DNA of 64,000 nt, taken from an uncultured Rhodospirillales bacterium (lineage in GTDB: Bacteria > Pseudomonadota > Alphaproteobacteria > CAZRBL01). The stretch spans positions 1,634-65,633 of the forward strand of contig CAZRBL010000011.1 of NCBI GenBank assembly GCA_964598335.1, written 5' to 3'. This document shows, piece after piece, positions 35,912 through 45,894 of the stretch. Position 1 is the stretch's first letter, and each line of letters starts with the position of its first letter. The position numbers were made by a program, and so were the translations under genes. The notes beneath the pieces are model-generated. The model searched no databases. It was not told where the DNA came from and saw only the letters and a program-made list of their open reading frames with translations.

Positions 35912-36625
35912 TTACGATTGCCGCGGTCTTCGCAAGCCCGCGATTACCTTTAACAGCGCCGTTGGTATCAGTAGCCAAGCCCCAATCGCTGGTATGGCGG
36001 CGGCCTTAACCGTGAAGCGGAAATTGTCTAGGCCGACCACGCCGCTGCTCTCATCCGGGCTGAAGAATGTCAGTGACGCCGTCGAAACACCGGCCTGATT
36101 GACGGTTTGCGTGCCGGTAGTATCGCGCGTTTCAATCAGCGCGACGCTATTAACAAGGATCCCATCCTGATCGGCAAGCGACAGCGTCCCGCTCTCACCA
36201 TTCGTTCCGCCGTCGAGGTCATGGATATCGAAGTCGATCAGGGTCACCGGGCGGCTGAAATCGATATCGAGGGCCAGCCCGCTGGGGCTATTCTCGAAAA
36301 AGGTTTCGATCAGCGGTTCCTGCTCGCTGCAGCAGAAACTGAAACCGTCGGTGTTGATCCGAAATGTTTGTTGGCCGCTCAGAGCGCTGTCATCGGCTAT
36401 GAGGCTGAAATCGACTTGCGTCAGTAGCCGCCCTTGAGGATCGCGGATACTGAAGGAAAGCGGCCCGGCATAGCCGGACGTATAGCTTTGATCGAAGCCG
36501 ATGGCTGCTTCGAACAGCCCGCCGCCAATGGGTGTGGCGGAGACATCAAATATGAGCGCAGAGGCAGAGAGGGGAGGTATCATGAACCCCATCACTGCGA
36601 ACAGAATTATTGAAATGTTCCTCAC
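35912..36625 (-). CDS. Secreted protein with IPTL/PEP-CTERM-like sorting tail
   Basis: Signal peptide ending SASA; GGAGG RBS; ends AIPAIGAWLLIPTALLKVIAGLRRPRQS. Confidence 0.68.
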   Translation of the reverse strand: MRNISIILFAVMGFMIPPLSASALIFDVSATPIGGGLFEAAIGFDQSYTSGYAGPLSFSIRDPQGRLLTQVDFSLIADDSALSGQQTFRINTDGFSFCCSEQEPLIETFFENSPSGLALDIDFSRPVTLIDFDIHDLDGGTNGESGTLSLADQDGILVNSVALIETRDTTGTQTVNQAGVSTASLTFFSPDESSGVVGLDNFRFTVKAAAIPAIGAWLLIPTALLKVIAGLRRPRQS

Positions 36626-36713
36626 GCGACCTCCTCAAACTCGTATGTTCACTACTCGATTTTGGCCCGCTCAGTCAAGGCATCATGCCGCCATGCCGTG
36701 AGTCTAGTCCGGA

Positions 36714-38702
36714 TTAACCCGGCGGTGCGGCCTCTTCGCTCAACATCGACAGCGCCCGGTTCAGAGGCATGACCTCCTGCGCCTTGCCGCCCAGGCGGCG
36801 GATGGCGACGGTGCCTTCCTCCGCTTCGCGGCCGCCGACGACGAGGATCGCCGGCACCTTGGCGAGAGAGTGCTCGCGGACCTTGTAATTGATCTTCTCA
36901 TTGCGCAGATCGGTCTCGACGCGGAGACCTGCCGCCTTCGCCGCTTCGGCGACCTGTTCGGCATAGCCATCGGCGGCTTCGGTGATCGTCGCGACGACCG
37001 CCTGGGTCGGTGCCAGCCATAAGGGCAACCGGCCGCCGGTGCTTTCGATCAGCACGCCGATAAAGCGTTCGAAACTGCCGAACACCGCGCGATGGATCAT
37101 CACCGGGCGATGGCGGCCTCCATCCTCGCCGATATAGGCGGCATCAAGGCGTTCGGGCAGCACGAAATCGAGTTGGCAAGTGCCCATCTGCCAGGATCGG
37201 CCGATCGCATCGCGCAGATGAAATTCGTATTTCGGCCCGTAAAAGGCGCCTTCGCCGGGTGCATAGGCAAAATCCAGCCCAAGGTCATGCAGGGCATCGG
37301 CCATGGCTTTTTCCGCACGGTCCCAAACCGAATCCTCGCCTGCGCGGGTTTCCGGTCGGGTGGCGAGCAGGATCCTGATATCGTCAAAGCCGAAATCTGC
37401 ATAGACACGGTTGAACAGATTGATGAAGCCTTTGACCTCCTCGCGGATCTGGTCTTCGCGGCAGAAGATGTGTGCGTCATCCTGGGTCATCTGCCGCACA
37501 CGCATCAGCCCGTGCAGCGCGCCATGTGCCTCATTGCGATGGCAGCAACCCATCTCGGCCATCCGCAGCGGCAGATCACGATAGCTCTTGATGCCTTGTT
37601 TGAAGATTTGCACATGCGCCGGGCAATTCATCGGTTTGATCGCCATCAGACGGCCTTCGCCGCTGAACACCGGGCCGTCATCCTCGGAACTCGGTACCTC
37701 ATCGGGGACGACGAACATGTTCTCGCGGAATTTCCCCCAATGGCCTGACGCTTCCCACAGCTTGTTGTCGATCAGCTGCGGGGTTTTCACCTCGACATAG
37801 CCATCGGCATAGATCTGCCGCCGGATATAGGCCTCGAGCTGATTGTAGATCGTGAAACCCTTGGGATGCCAATACACGCTGCCCATCGCGGTTTCGTCGA
37901 GATGGAACAGATCCATTTCCTTGCCGAGCTTGCGGTGATCCCGCTTCTCGGCCTCCTCCAGCATCGTCAGATAGGCCTTGAGCTCCTTATCGTCGCGCCA
38001 GGCGGTGCCGTAAATCCGATGCAGCATGGCGTTGCGGTGATCGCCTCGCCAATAGGCGCCCGCCACCTTCATCAATTTGAACGCATTGCCGATCTTACCG
38101 GTGCTCGGCAGATGGGGGCCGGCGCACAAATCGTACCAGCCGCCCTGACGATAGACGGAAATCTCCGCATCCGCGTCGAAGCTCTCGATCAATTCGGCTT
38201 TGTAGTGCTCGCCAATCTGCCTGAAATGCGCGATCGCCTCGTCGCGATCCCAAACCTCCCGCGTGAAGGGTTCGTTGCGCGCGATAATCTCGCGCATTTT
38301 CTTCTCGATGGCGGCAAGATCATCGGTCGAGAAAGGCTCATTCCGCGCGAAGTCGTAATAGAACCCGTTTTCGATTGCCGGGCCGATCGTCACCTGTGTG
38401 CCGGGATAGAGTTCCTGCACGGCCTCGGCCATGACATGCGCTGCGTCATGGCGGATCAGCTCTAACGCCTCGTCATCATCCTTGGTCACAATGGACACGG
38501 ACGCATCCTGGCGAATAGGCAAAGTCAGATCTTGGACCTTGCCGTCGATCTTCGCGGCCAGCGCTTTCTTCGCCAGGCTCTTGGAAATCGATTCGGCGAT
38601 TTCCAGACCGGTGACCGGCGCCGTGTATTGCCGGACGGAGCCGTCGGGTAAGGTGACTGAGATGTCGCGCTCTACATTCACGGCTGCGGAATCGGGGCTC
38701 AT
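36714..38702 (-). CDS. thrS: Threonine--tRNA ligase
   Basis: TGS domain, [37 protein letters not shown]. Confidence 0.98.
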   Translation of the reverse strand: MSPDSAAVNVERDISVTLPDGSVRQYTAPVTGLEIAESISKSLAKKALAAKIDGKVQDLTLPIRQDASVSIVTKDDDEALELIRHDAAHVMAEAVQELYPGTQVTIGPAIENGFYYDFARNEPFSTDDLAAIEKKMREIIARNEPFTREVWDRDEAIAHFRQIGEHYKAELIESFDADAEISVYRQGGWYDLCAGPHLPSTGKIGNAFKLMKVAGAYWRGDHRNAMLHRIYGTAWRDDKELKAYLTMLEEAEKRDHRKLGKEMDLFHLDETAMGSVYWHPKGFTIYNQLEAYIRRQIYADGYVEVKTPQLIDNKLWEASGHWGKFRENMFVVPDEVPSSEDDGPVFSGEGRLMAIKPMNCPAHVQIFKQGIKSYRDLPLRMAEMGCCHRNEAHGALHGLMRVRQMTQDDAHIFCREDQIREEVKGFINLFNRVYADFGFDDIRILLATRPETRAGEDSVWDRAEKAMADALHDLGLDFAYAPGEGAFYGPKYEFHLRDAIGRSWQMGTCQLDFVLPERLDAAYIGEDGGRHRPVMIHRAVFGSFERFIGVLIESTGGRLPLWLAPTQAVVATITEAADGYAEQVAEAAKAAGLRVETDLRNEKINYKVREHSLAKVPAILVVGGREAEEGTVAIRRLGGKAQEVMPLNRALSMLSEEAAPPG

Positions 38703-38828
38703 GGCTTGGCTGTCGCTTAATCGGGTTGTCCCTTACTAATATACGGCTCTGTGCTTGCCGCGCCACCCATAGCTGACTTATGGTGGCCTCGTCATTTTAG
38801 GTTCATATTTCCCCATAGAAGCACCGCA

Positions 38829-39122
38829 ATGTCGAGATTCACCCTACAAGGTCCACAGAAGGCGGTCAGCGAAGACGGCGTGATCGTCGCCTTCGCCGGA
38901 CGTCATGGCCTGCTTTACGAAACCGGCGGCTATCGTTTGACCGTCCCCTGCGAATCGGGCCGCCGGGAAAACGGCGAGGCCGGGATCATCGCCTATGTCT
39001 CGGGCGTCACCAGCTGGGACCAGCCCGCGGGCGGCGCGCTCGACGAGGCGGATCGGCGGAAACTGGCGGCCGATCTGACCGCTGCTGTGACCGAAATGGG
39101 AGGCTGGTGTGATGTCGCCTGA
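38829..39122 (+). CDS. Imm74-like immunity protein
   Basis: AGRHGLLYETGG.RLTV..E...GIIAYVSGVTSWD.P...LDEADRRKL matches my recollection of the Imm74 pattern (GR.GL.Y.E...I.SE..IY..SI..WD.P). Confidence 0.6.
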   Translation: MSRFTLQGPQKAVSEDGVIVAFAGRHGLLYETGGYRLTVPCESGRRENGEAGIIAYVSGVTSWDQPAGGALDEADRRKLAADLTAAVTEMGGWCDVA

Positions 39123-39906
39123 TCAGATGCCGGAAAACCCTGTGGCCAAGGCGCTGTTCATGATTGAGCATACCGCCGCTCTGCAGGGCTGGCTGCATGG
39201 CCCGCGCGCGCAGAAAACGGCTGAAGCGCTGTCGCAGGAGCCTTATTTCGACGATCTTGTCGACCTGTTCCTGGCGCGTCGCAGCGACAGTCCGCCGGAT
39301 ACCGAAACCATCGCCAGGCTGTCCCACACCGTCGCGCAATACGGCGCGATGGATATTCCGGCCGACAGCCTGGTCTATTTCTCGGGTCCGGAGATCAAGA
39401 CGGCAGAGGCGCATGCGGCGCGCGATCCGTCGATTTCCGTAATCCACGGTACGGCAGCCGGGGCGGCTCTCGAGATCATGCAATTGTTCAGCGACCCGCT
39501 CGATCCCGATGCCGGCGGTCCGATTCCCTTCGCCATCGGCACCGCAATGTGGGATCTCGCTTCCGAACGCACCGCGCTGGAGACGCCGCCCGGGCATATC
39601 CGCGTCTATGTTAATCCGGAAATCGGCTCGCACCCCGACAGCACTTTCCGTTCCGTCGAATTGCCGGCCCTTCTGGCCCGGGAGGATTCATCCCGTTTCT
39701 CGCTCAGCCTGATCAGGGTGGATAAGCAAAGCGGCGAAGAGCTGGTTGAGACGCGGCCTTTGGAGCAATGGCTCGATTATAGCCGCACGCGAATGTCCGG
39801 CATGGCCAGCCGCCAGGGCGTCTCGATCAAACCGGACGGCACGGTCGAGTTCTCAATGAACAAGCCGACGGTGGGCGGTGCAGGGAGTGTTTCCCCCAGC
39901 CCGTGA
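39112..39906 (+). CDS. ADP-ribosyl cyclase/CD38-like (Tox-ARC-like) NAD+ glycohydrolase candidate
   Basis: Ordered motifs VYFSG...MWDLASERTA...GHIRVYV...PDSTFRSVELPALL; overlaps the immunity-like gene. Confidence 0.6.
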   Translation: MSPDQMPENPVAKALFMIEHTAALQGWLHGPRAQKTAEALSQEPYFDDLVDLFLARRSDSPPDTETIARLSHTVAQYGAMDIPADSLVYFSGPEIKTAEAHAARDPSISVIHGTAAGAALEIMQLFSDPLDPDAGGPIPFAIGTAMWDLASERTALETPPGHIRVYVNPEIGSHPDSTFRSVELPALLAREDSSRFSLSLIRVDKQSGEELVETRPLEQWLDYSRTRMSGMASRQGVSIKPDGTVEFSMNKPTVGGAGSVSPSP

Positions 39907-39971
39907 TCGGTCGATAAAAATCTTCGCCCGCGCTATTGCGTGAAATTTTACACTTATGTTACAAAACGGAT

Positions 39972-40322
39972 ATGGCTGAAGCGAAACAACTTGTCCGTGC
40001 TGCGGACCACTTGATCGAGCCCCACGCCGACGATCAATCCGGGCCGGATATCGGCGATTTTGCCCATGCGCCGAATCGCGAAGGGCTGCTCTTGCGTCTG
40101 TTCGGTTGCACCCCGCGCTATGGCCGGCCGGAGATCCGGGCGCTGTATCAGGAAGTGGATCAGGAGGATCCCCTGGCCGTTTATGATTACTGTCGTTCAC
40201 AGGGGGTTGAGGTGCTTACCGATCAGGGTGAGCCGGTCCCGCCCTGGCGTGACATCGCCGTCATGCTGAAAGCTCGCGCACAGGGCCTCGATCCGTCGGC
40301 ACCTGCCGACAATGCTGCCTAA
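39972..40322 (+). CDS. Hypothetical 116-aa protein
   Basis: Clean ORF ending 15 bp before the HAD gene; no recognised family. Confidence 0.6.
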   Translation: MAEAKQLVRAADHLIEPHADDQSGPDIGDFAHAPNREGLLLRLFGCTPRYGRPEIRALYQEVDQEDPLAVYDYCRSQGVEVLTDQGEPVPPWRDIAVMLKARAQGLDPSAPADNAA

Positions 40323-40337
40323 TCGGGATACCGGGAC

Positions 40338-41714
40338 ATGGAAATCGCCTCACCGCTCGCTGTTCGCGCCTCCAGCAAGGATGTCGATAACAACATCCTC
40401 AATTATTTCGACAAATGGCGCGAACGCTCGACCAAGGCCTGGGATGGGCTGATGGCGCTATACAATCCTGCCGTCACCGAACAGGTGGTGCCGTCGCTGC
40501 TGCCGCAAATCGCCAGGGGCAACGCCGGGGCCAAGCGCATGCTGCAAAGCATTTTCGATGCCGATCTCGACGTCCTGTCATGGTCTGTTCGAATCGGTGA
40601 TGCCGCGGCGGAACCTGAGCCATATCTGCTCAGCGGCGTTCATACACTCGCCGGCAACGACGTCGTCGGGCCGATGCTGCAGTTTCTTGAGACCGTCAAG
40701 AACGGCGGCGACAACAATGCGATCAATATCGCCGAAGCCGGTTTCCGCAACGCTGCGAGCGCACGCTTTGAAGACCTTCTCGACAAGGCGGCAGCGGGCA
40801 GTAAAGAAGCCACCGAAGAAGTTCAGAACCTGATGAAGCTGGACCTTCTCAAGGTCGGTAAGGAAGCGATCCGCAATAATTATGGCGGCTTTCACAGCCT
40901 GCAGACACTGATCGAGGAAGCGCCGGCACTGGCCCGCCGCCGTGCCGCCATCGAATACACCTGGGATCATCATCCCGAAACCGCCCGGACCCGCGGCCTT
41001 CTGCTCGGCAATGAGCGTGAACTGATCATGGATTTCCGCGCCGAGCGGGATGAGAGCTGCAAGCTCTGGCCCGGCGGCCATGAGGCGATTGCCATGGTCG
41101 CAGAGGCTGGCGGCGTCAATTTCATCGACACCGATGCACGCTTCGAAGATCTGGCCGAGCGGCTTTTTCTGGCGGGCGTCCAGCTCGACCAGATCGACGG
41201 CGTTGTCTGCAAGCGCGACGTCAAGGGGGTCGATCCTGTCCGCAACCCGCCGCTGGACGGTGACAGTGCGATGTCGCGTTTTCGCCGCGCCCTGTTCGAT
41301 AAATGCTACGGCTTTACCGATGACAGCAAGGGCACGCAGGCCAGGGCTGATCTCGGGATTGCGATGTGGAAAAGTCACGGGCTCGAACCGCATGAGGTGG
41401 CGCATTCGGGCGACAGCTACAAGGACGGGATCCACGCCAAGCTGGCCGGGGCGCATTACCTGATGAACGTCAAGGGCGCCGATGTGGAGCCCGCGACGAC
41501 CCGGCTGATGAACATCGTCAAGCCGACCTATCCGCTCGGCCTTGAGATCGCCAATCAGAAGCTTGCGGAGGCCGGCGTTGAGGTCGGCCGCTATCTGGTC
41601 AACGGCATGGAGGATTTCCCCAAGGCCGTGACGATCATGCCGCGCCCGCCGGCGCCCGGCGCCAAGCGCTCGGTCAAGGCCGATATCGCGCCGAATTCGC
41701 CCAGTCCGGTTTAG
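40338..41714 (+). CDS. HAD-superfamily hydrolase with very large cap insertion
   Basis: Motif I DVDNN (residues 15-19), LWPGGHEAI..FIDTD (motif II), SKG (motif III), EVAHSGDSYKDG..A..AG (motif IV). Confidence 0.65.
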   Translation: MEIASPLAVRASSKDVDNNILNYFDKWRERSTKAWDGLMALYNPAVTEQVVPSLLPQIARGNAGAKRMLQSIFDADLDVLSWSVRIGDAAAEPEPYLLSGVHTLAGNDVVGPMLQFLETVKNGGDNNAINIAEAGFRNAASARFEDLLDKAAAGSKEATEEVQNLMKLDLLKVGKEAIRNNYGGFHSLQTLIEEAPALARRRAAIEYTWDHHPETARTRGLLLGNERELIMDFRAERDESCKLWPGGHEAIAMVAEAGGVNFIDTDARFEDLAERLFLAGVQLDQIDGVVCKRDVKGVDPVRNPPLDGDSAMSRFRRALFDKCYGFTDDSKGTQARADLGIAMWKSHGLEPHEVAHSGDSYKDGIHAKLAGAHYLMNVKGADVEPATTRLMNIVKPTYPLGLEIANQKLAEAGVEVGRYLVNGMEDFPKAVTIMPRPPAPGAKRSVKADIAPNSPSPV

Positions 41715-41726
41715 GAGGCATCGCCC

Positions 41727-42881
41727 ATGCCGCACGTTACATTCGCCGGAAACAGCCCCAGCTCGATTCCAATTTCCGACCGCTTTACCGCCGGCCTACT
41801 CGACAGCGACGATTTTGCCCTGCGTGACAGCAAACGCGAACTGGCCGCCGATGCCGTTGTGGTCATCGATCCGGACAGCGCCAGCAGCTATTTTCATGCC
41901 GCGCTGGTGGTCGAGAAAATCATCGATCCGAATTTCAAGAACACCCCGATTATCTATCAGGTGGCCGAGGGTGCGCCGAAGCCGAAAGCCTTTGAACTGC
42001 TCGAGCACCTCAAGGCGAATGGTGTTCTGGGCCAAACCGCCGAGGATTTCTTCGAGATCGCGCATGACGAGACGGATGTGCTGCGCATTCTGCATCAGCA
42101 CCTTGATCAAGGCGGCCCGGCCAAGGCTGATACGCCGCCGCAAAGCCGCGATATCGGCCCGGCCGAGCAAAAGGTGATGGACGACATCAATCAGCGCGGC
42201 GCCGACAAGGAAGAGGGCGAGTTCAAGATCGCCGTCTTCATGTCGGCCTCGACCAAGGACCCCGAAAAGCTCGCCCTGGCCCGCACCCTGGGCAATATGG
42301 TCGGCGAGGCCGGCTGGTCGGCGGTGTATGGCGCCAGCAATGTCGGCGCGATGAATGAATTCGGCAAAGGCGTGCATGAAAGCGGCGGGCATCTGTCCGG
42401 CGTCACCGTGCCCTGGCTGCTTGGCCAGCTGATCCCCGGCGCCGTCGATCCGACCGGTCGTGGCGGCGAAAAGCTCGACGCTGACGGCCTCAACCGCCTC
42501 GATGCTCTGGCGGTGGTCGAAGACACCAAGGTGCGGGTCAAGGACCAGCTGAAAATGTCCGACGCGCTGGTCGTGCTCGAGGGCGGCATCGGCACCTTCG
42601 AGGAACTCGCCTATGTCCTCGAGCTCAAACGCGCCGAGCCCGAGACCTATGGCGACAAGGCGGTGGTCATCGTCAACCGCGACGGTTTCTGGGATCCCGC
42701 CATCGAGATGCTGAAGGCCGACGGCTTTGACCCGAAAACCGACTTCGTCAGCGTCACCGATGAGGCGGGCCTGAAAGCCGCCCTGATCGACCATGCCGAC
42801 GCCATGGGCAAACCGACCCGACCCGCCTTCGAGAACGCCCCGGCGCGCAAGTCCCCCGGGCCGGATCTGTCGCCGAGCTGA
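41727..42881 (+). CDS. LOG/SLOG-family nucleotide phosphoribohydrolase with degenerate N-terminal LOG-like domain
   Basis: C-half VYGASNVGAM, RVK..L..SDALVVLEGGIGTFEEL, VIVNRDGFWDP. N-half ADAVVV..NTPIIY..FELLEHLKANG looks like a decayed copy. Confidence 0.8.
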   Translation: MPHVTFAGNSPSSIPISDRFTAGLLDSDDFALRDSKRELAADAVVVIDPDSASSYFHAALVVEKIIDPNFKNTPIIYQVAEGAPKPKAFELLEHLKANGVLGQTAEDFFEIAHDETDVLRILHQHLDQGGPAKADTPPQSRDIGPAEQKVMDDINQRGADKEEGEFKIAVFMSASTKDPEKLALARTLGNMVGEAGWSAVYGASNVGAMNEFGKGVHESGGHLSGVTVPWLLGQLIPGAVDPTGRGGEKLDADGLNRLDALAVVEDTKVRVKDQLKMSDALVVLEGGIGTFEELAYVLELKRAEPETYGDKAVVIVNRDGFWDPAIEMLKADGFDPKTDFVSVTDEAGLKAALIDHADAMGKPTRPAFENAPARKSPGPDLSPS

Positions 42882-43002
42882 CCATTCACGTCATTGCGAG
42901 CGACCAACGGGAGCGCGGCAATCCAGGAATTTTTCCATCTTGGCGAAACTCCTGGATCGCCGCGTCGCTGTCGATCCTCGCGGTGACGTTAGGTACTGAC
43001 TC

Positions 43003-43737
43003 CTAACGCCACTGACCCGGCGTATTTGGCGTCACCTCCGGCTTCAGACGCATGTCCTCGCCGAACTCGTCGAGCTTGTGGAAGAAGACCGGCTCGGTCG
43101 TGTCGATGGTTTTGATGCGCTCGCGGAAGGCCTCGATCATGCCTTCCCGCACCTCATCAGGCACCCACATCGGGCCGTACATGATATGGGCCGGCAGCAC
43201 GTCGAAGCCGCAGATGGCGAGGATGCCGGCTTGCTGGCTCCAGAGGATACGCTCGATATCGCCATTGCGTCCGTCCGGCTCATAGCCGCTTTTCGGGGTG
43301 CCGGTGACGATCGACAACATCGCCTTCTTGCCCGACAGCATGCCCTGATCCCACCATTGGCCGAGGCCGTAGGCGACGCCATAGGCCAGCACGCGGTCGA
43401 CCCAGCCCTTCATGATGGCGGGCATGCCGAACCACCACATCGGATATTGGAACATGATGAAATCGGCGGCCTTCAGCTTGTCGATCTCGCCCTGAATATC
43501 GGCGGCGAACAAGTCTTTCTCGGCGGCATTGCCCTGCTCGGCGAAAGCGTTGAACTTTTCCGGGTTCAGCCGCTCAGTCACATCATGCGGGCCGAGCACC
43601 GGATTGAAATTCATCGCATAGAGGTCCGAGATCATCACCTCATGGCCCGCCGCTTCAAGCTCTTGCTTGGCGATGTCAACCAGGCCGTGGCACAGCGAGG
43701 TCGGTTCCGGATGGGCGTTGATCAGCAGCGCCTTCAT
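43003..43737 (-). CDS. NAD(P)H:quinone oxidoreductase (flavodoxin-like fold)
   Basis: AHPEPTS, SDLYAMNFNP, QYPMWWFGMPAIMKGWVDRV. Confidence 0.92.
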   Translation of the reverse strand: MKALLINAHPEPTSLCHGLVDIAKQELEAAGHEVMISDLYAMNFNPVLGPHDVTERLNPEKFNAFAEQGNAAEKDLFAADIQGEIDKLKAADFIMFQYPMWWFGMPAIMKGWVDRVLAYGVAYGLGQWWDQGMLSGKKAMLSIVTGTPKSGYEPDGRNGDIERILWSQQAGILAICGFDVLPAHIMYGPMWVPDEVREGMIEAFRERIKTIDTTEPVFFHKLDEFGEDMRLKPEVTPNTPGQWR

Positions 43738-43755
43738 GATTTTTTCTCCCTGAGA

Positions 43756-45123
43756 TCAGTAGGATAATTCATCGAATACCGGATCGACCGAGCCGTTCCA
43801 TTCGCCATGGAAACGCTCGAGCAGAACCCGGGCCGGGCTGCGGCCGTCCTCGGCGATCTTTTGCAGCGGGTCGAGGAAATGCGCCTCGGTGCTGTTCCAG
43901 CCATCGCGCCGGGCACGTTTTTCGAGACCGGTGCGGGCAATCGCGATCATCTCCTTGGCCAGATCCGATATGGCTCCCGTTCGGAAAGGCGTCATCAGCC
44001 CGGTCTTGGATACAGCCATCCTCATGGCGGTGCGTTCATCGGGTGTCCAGCCTTTGACCATATCCCACGCCGCATCCAGCGCTTCCTGATCATAAAGCAA
44101 GCCGGTCCACAGCGCGGACAGCCCGCAGATCCGGTTCCACGGCCCGCCATCGGCGCCGCGCATTTCCAGGAAGCGCTTCAGCCGCACTTCGGGGAAAATG
44201 GTGCTGAGATGGTCGATCCAATCGCCCATGCTCGGTCGTTCGCCGGGCAGGGCGGCCAGCTTGCCATCCATGAAATCGCGGAAGCTGAGGCCGCTGACGT
44301 CGATATAGCGGCCGTCGCGGCTGACGAAATACATCGGCACATCAAGCGCATAATCGACATAGCGCTCAAACCCCATGCCGTCCTCGAAGACAAAGGGCAG
44401 ATCGCCGGTGCGGTCGGGATCGGTGTCGGTCCAGATAAAGCTGCGATAGCTGACAAAGCCGTTCGGCCGCCCCTCAAGGAAAGGCGAATTCGCGAACAGC
44501 GCCGTAACGACCGGCTGCAGCGCCAGGCCGACACGGAACTTCTTGACCATGTCGGCTTCGCTGGAGAAATCCAGATTGCACTGAATGGTGCTGGTCCGCA
44601 GCATCATGTCGAGCCCCAGCCCGCCGACCCGCGGCATGTAATTGCGCATGATCCGGTAGCGCCCCTTGGGCATCCAGTGGATGTCCTCGCGCCGGGCCCG
44701 GGGTGTAAAGCCGATGCCCAGCATCAGCACGCCCAGCTGCTCGCAGACTTCCAGCACCTGGCGCAGATGTTCCTGCGTCTCATCACAGGTCTGGTGGATC
44801 GTGCGCAGCGGTGCGCCGGAGAGTTCAAGCTGGCCGCCCGGTTCGAGGCTGACGCTGCCGCCATCGCTGCTGGTCAGGCCGATCAGCGTGTCGCCCTCAT
44901 AGATGCCGTCCCAGCCGAAGCGTTTGAGGCCTTCGAGCAGTGCCTTGATGCCGTTCGGCCCCTCATAAGGCAGCGGCGACAGGGTCGCTCTGTCAAAGGC
45001 GAATTTCTCATGCTCGGTGCCGATGCGCCAGGCATCGGCAGGTTTGCAGCCCGCCTCAAGATAGGCGGCGAGCTGCGCTTTATCGGTGATGGGCTCACCG
45101 CCTTGTGTCGCTGGTCCAGACAT
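43756..45123 (-). CDS. gshA: Glutamate--cysteine ligase
   Basis: [45 protein letters not shown]. Confidence 0.96.
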   Translation of the reverse strand: MSGPATQGGEPITDKAQLAAYLEAGCKPADAWRIGTEHEKFAFDRATLSPLPYEGPNGIKALLEGLKRFGWDGIYEGDTLIGLTSSDGGSVSLEPGGQLELSGAPLRTIHQTCDETQEHLRQVLEVCEQLGVLMLGIGFTPRARREDIHWMPKGRYRIMRNYMPRVGGLGLDMMLRTSTIQCNLDFSSEADMVKKFRVGLALQPVVTALFANSPFLEGRPNGFVSYRSFIWTDTDPDRTGDLPFVFEDGMGFERYVDYALDVPMYFVSRDGRYIDVSGLSFRDFMDGKLAALPGERPSMGDWIDHLSTIFPEVRLKRFLEMRGADGGPWNRICGLSALWTGLLYDQEALDAAWDMVKGWTPDERTAMRMAVSKTGLMTPFRTGAISDLAKEMIAIARTGLEKRARRDGWNSTEAHFLDPLQKIAEDGRSPARVLLERFHGEWNGSVDPVFDELSY

Positions 45124-45144
45124 GTGTTGCGGATGTAAGGCGCG

Positions 45145-45894
45145 TTAGCTTCTCGGAAAACCGGCGCGCTCGGATTTCCCGTCGCCGGCAAGGGCCTGAA
45201 AGATCGCCAGCGCCGCCATGGCGGCGGTCTCGGCCTTGAGGATTCTCGGGCCGAGGCTGACGGCGCGAGAAAACGGCAAGCCGGCCAGAAATGCAAGCTC
45301 ATCCGGATCGAATCCGCCCTCCGGCCCGATCAGCAGCGCGCCCGCTTCGGGGGATTCCTTTTGCAGCGCCTCGGCCAGCGGTACCGCCGGTCCGGCTTCG
45401 GCGCAGACCCACAGCCTGCGGCTGCTTTTCCATTCGTCCAGCGCTGCCGAAAGCTTCACCGGTTCGGCGATTGCCGGCACCGTCAGGCGTTCGCATTGTT
45501 CGGCCGCTTCGATTGCGATCTTGCGCAGCCGGTCGAGATTGACCCGCTCGCTTTGCGTCCGCGCGGTGATGACCGGCAGCAGCCGGCTGACCCCCAGCTC
45601 CGTCGCCTTTTGCACGATCAGATCGGTCTGCGTCCGCTTGATCGGCGCGAACAGCAGCCAGGGCCCTTTCTCTGCTGTCTGCTCGCGGATTTGTGATTCG
45701 CACCGCACCATCCCCGACTTTTTGCCGAGATCAACGATTGAGCCGCGCCATTCACCGTCTCGGCCATTGAACAGGATCACCTCGTCGCCGACCTCGCGCC
45801 GCAGCACATCGCGCAGATAATGCGCCTGATCGGGGTTCAGGCCGACGCTGAGCGTGCTGCCTAAATCATCGTCAACCAACAGACGCGGGATCAT
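45145..45894 (-). CDS. rsmE: 16S rRNA m3U1498 methyltransferase
   Basis: HYLRDVLRR, QKATELGV, EAAEQC, IGPEGGF, LGPRILKAETA. Confidence 0.95.
   Translation of the reverse strand: MIPRLLVDDDLGSTLSVGLNPDQAHYLRDVLRREVGDEVILFNGRDGEWRGSIVDLGKKSGMVRCESQIREQTAEKGPWLLFAPIKRTQTDLIVQKATELGVSRLLPVITARTQSERVNLDRLRKIAIEAAEQCERLTVPAIAEPVKLSAALDEWKSSRRLWVCAEAGPAVPLAEALQKESPEAGALLIGPEGGFDPDELAFLAGLPFSRAVSLGPRILKAETAAMAALAIFQALAGDGKSERAGFPRS

Noticed and set aside
36671-36700. Sigma-54 promoter for the CTERM gene
   Set aside because: TGGC...TGC spacing is one base short of the -24/-12 requirement.
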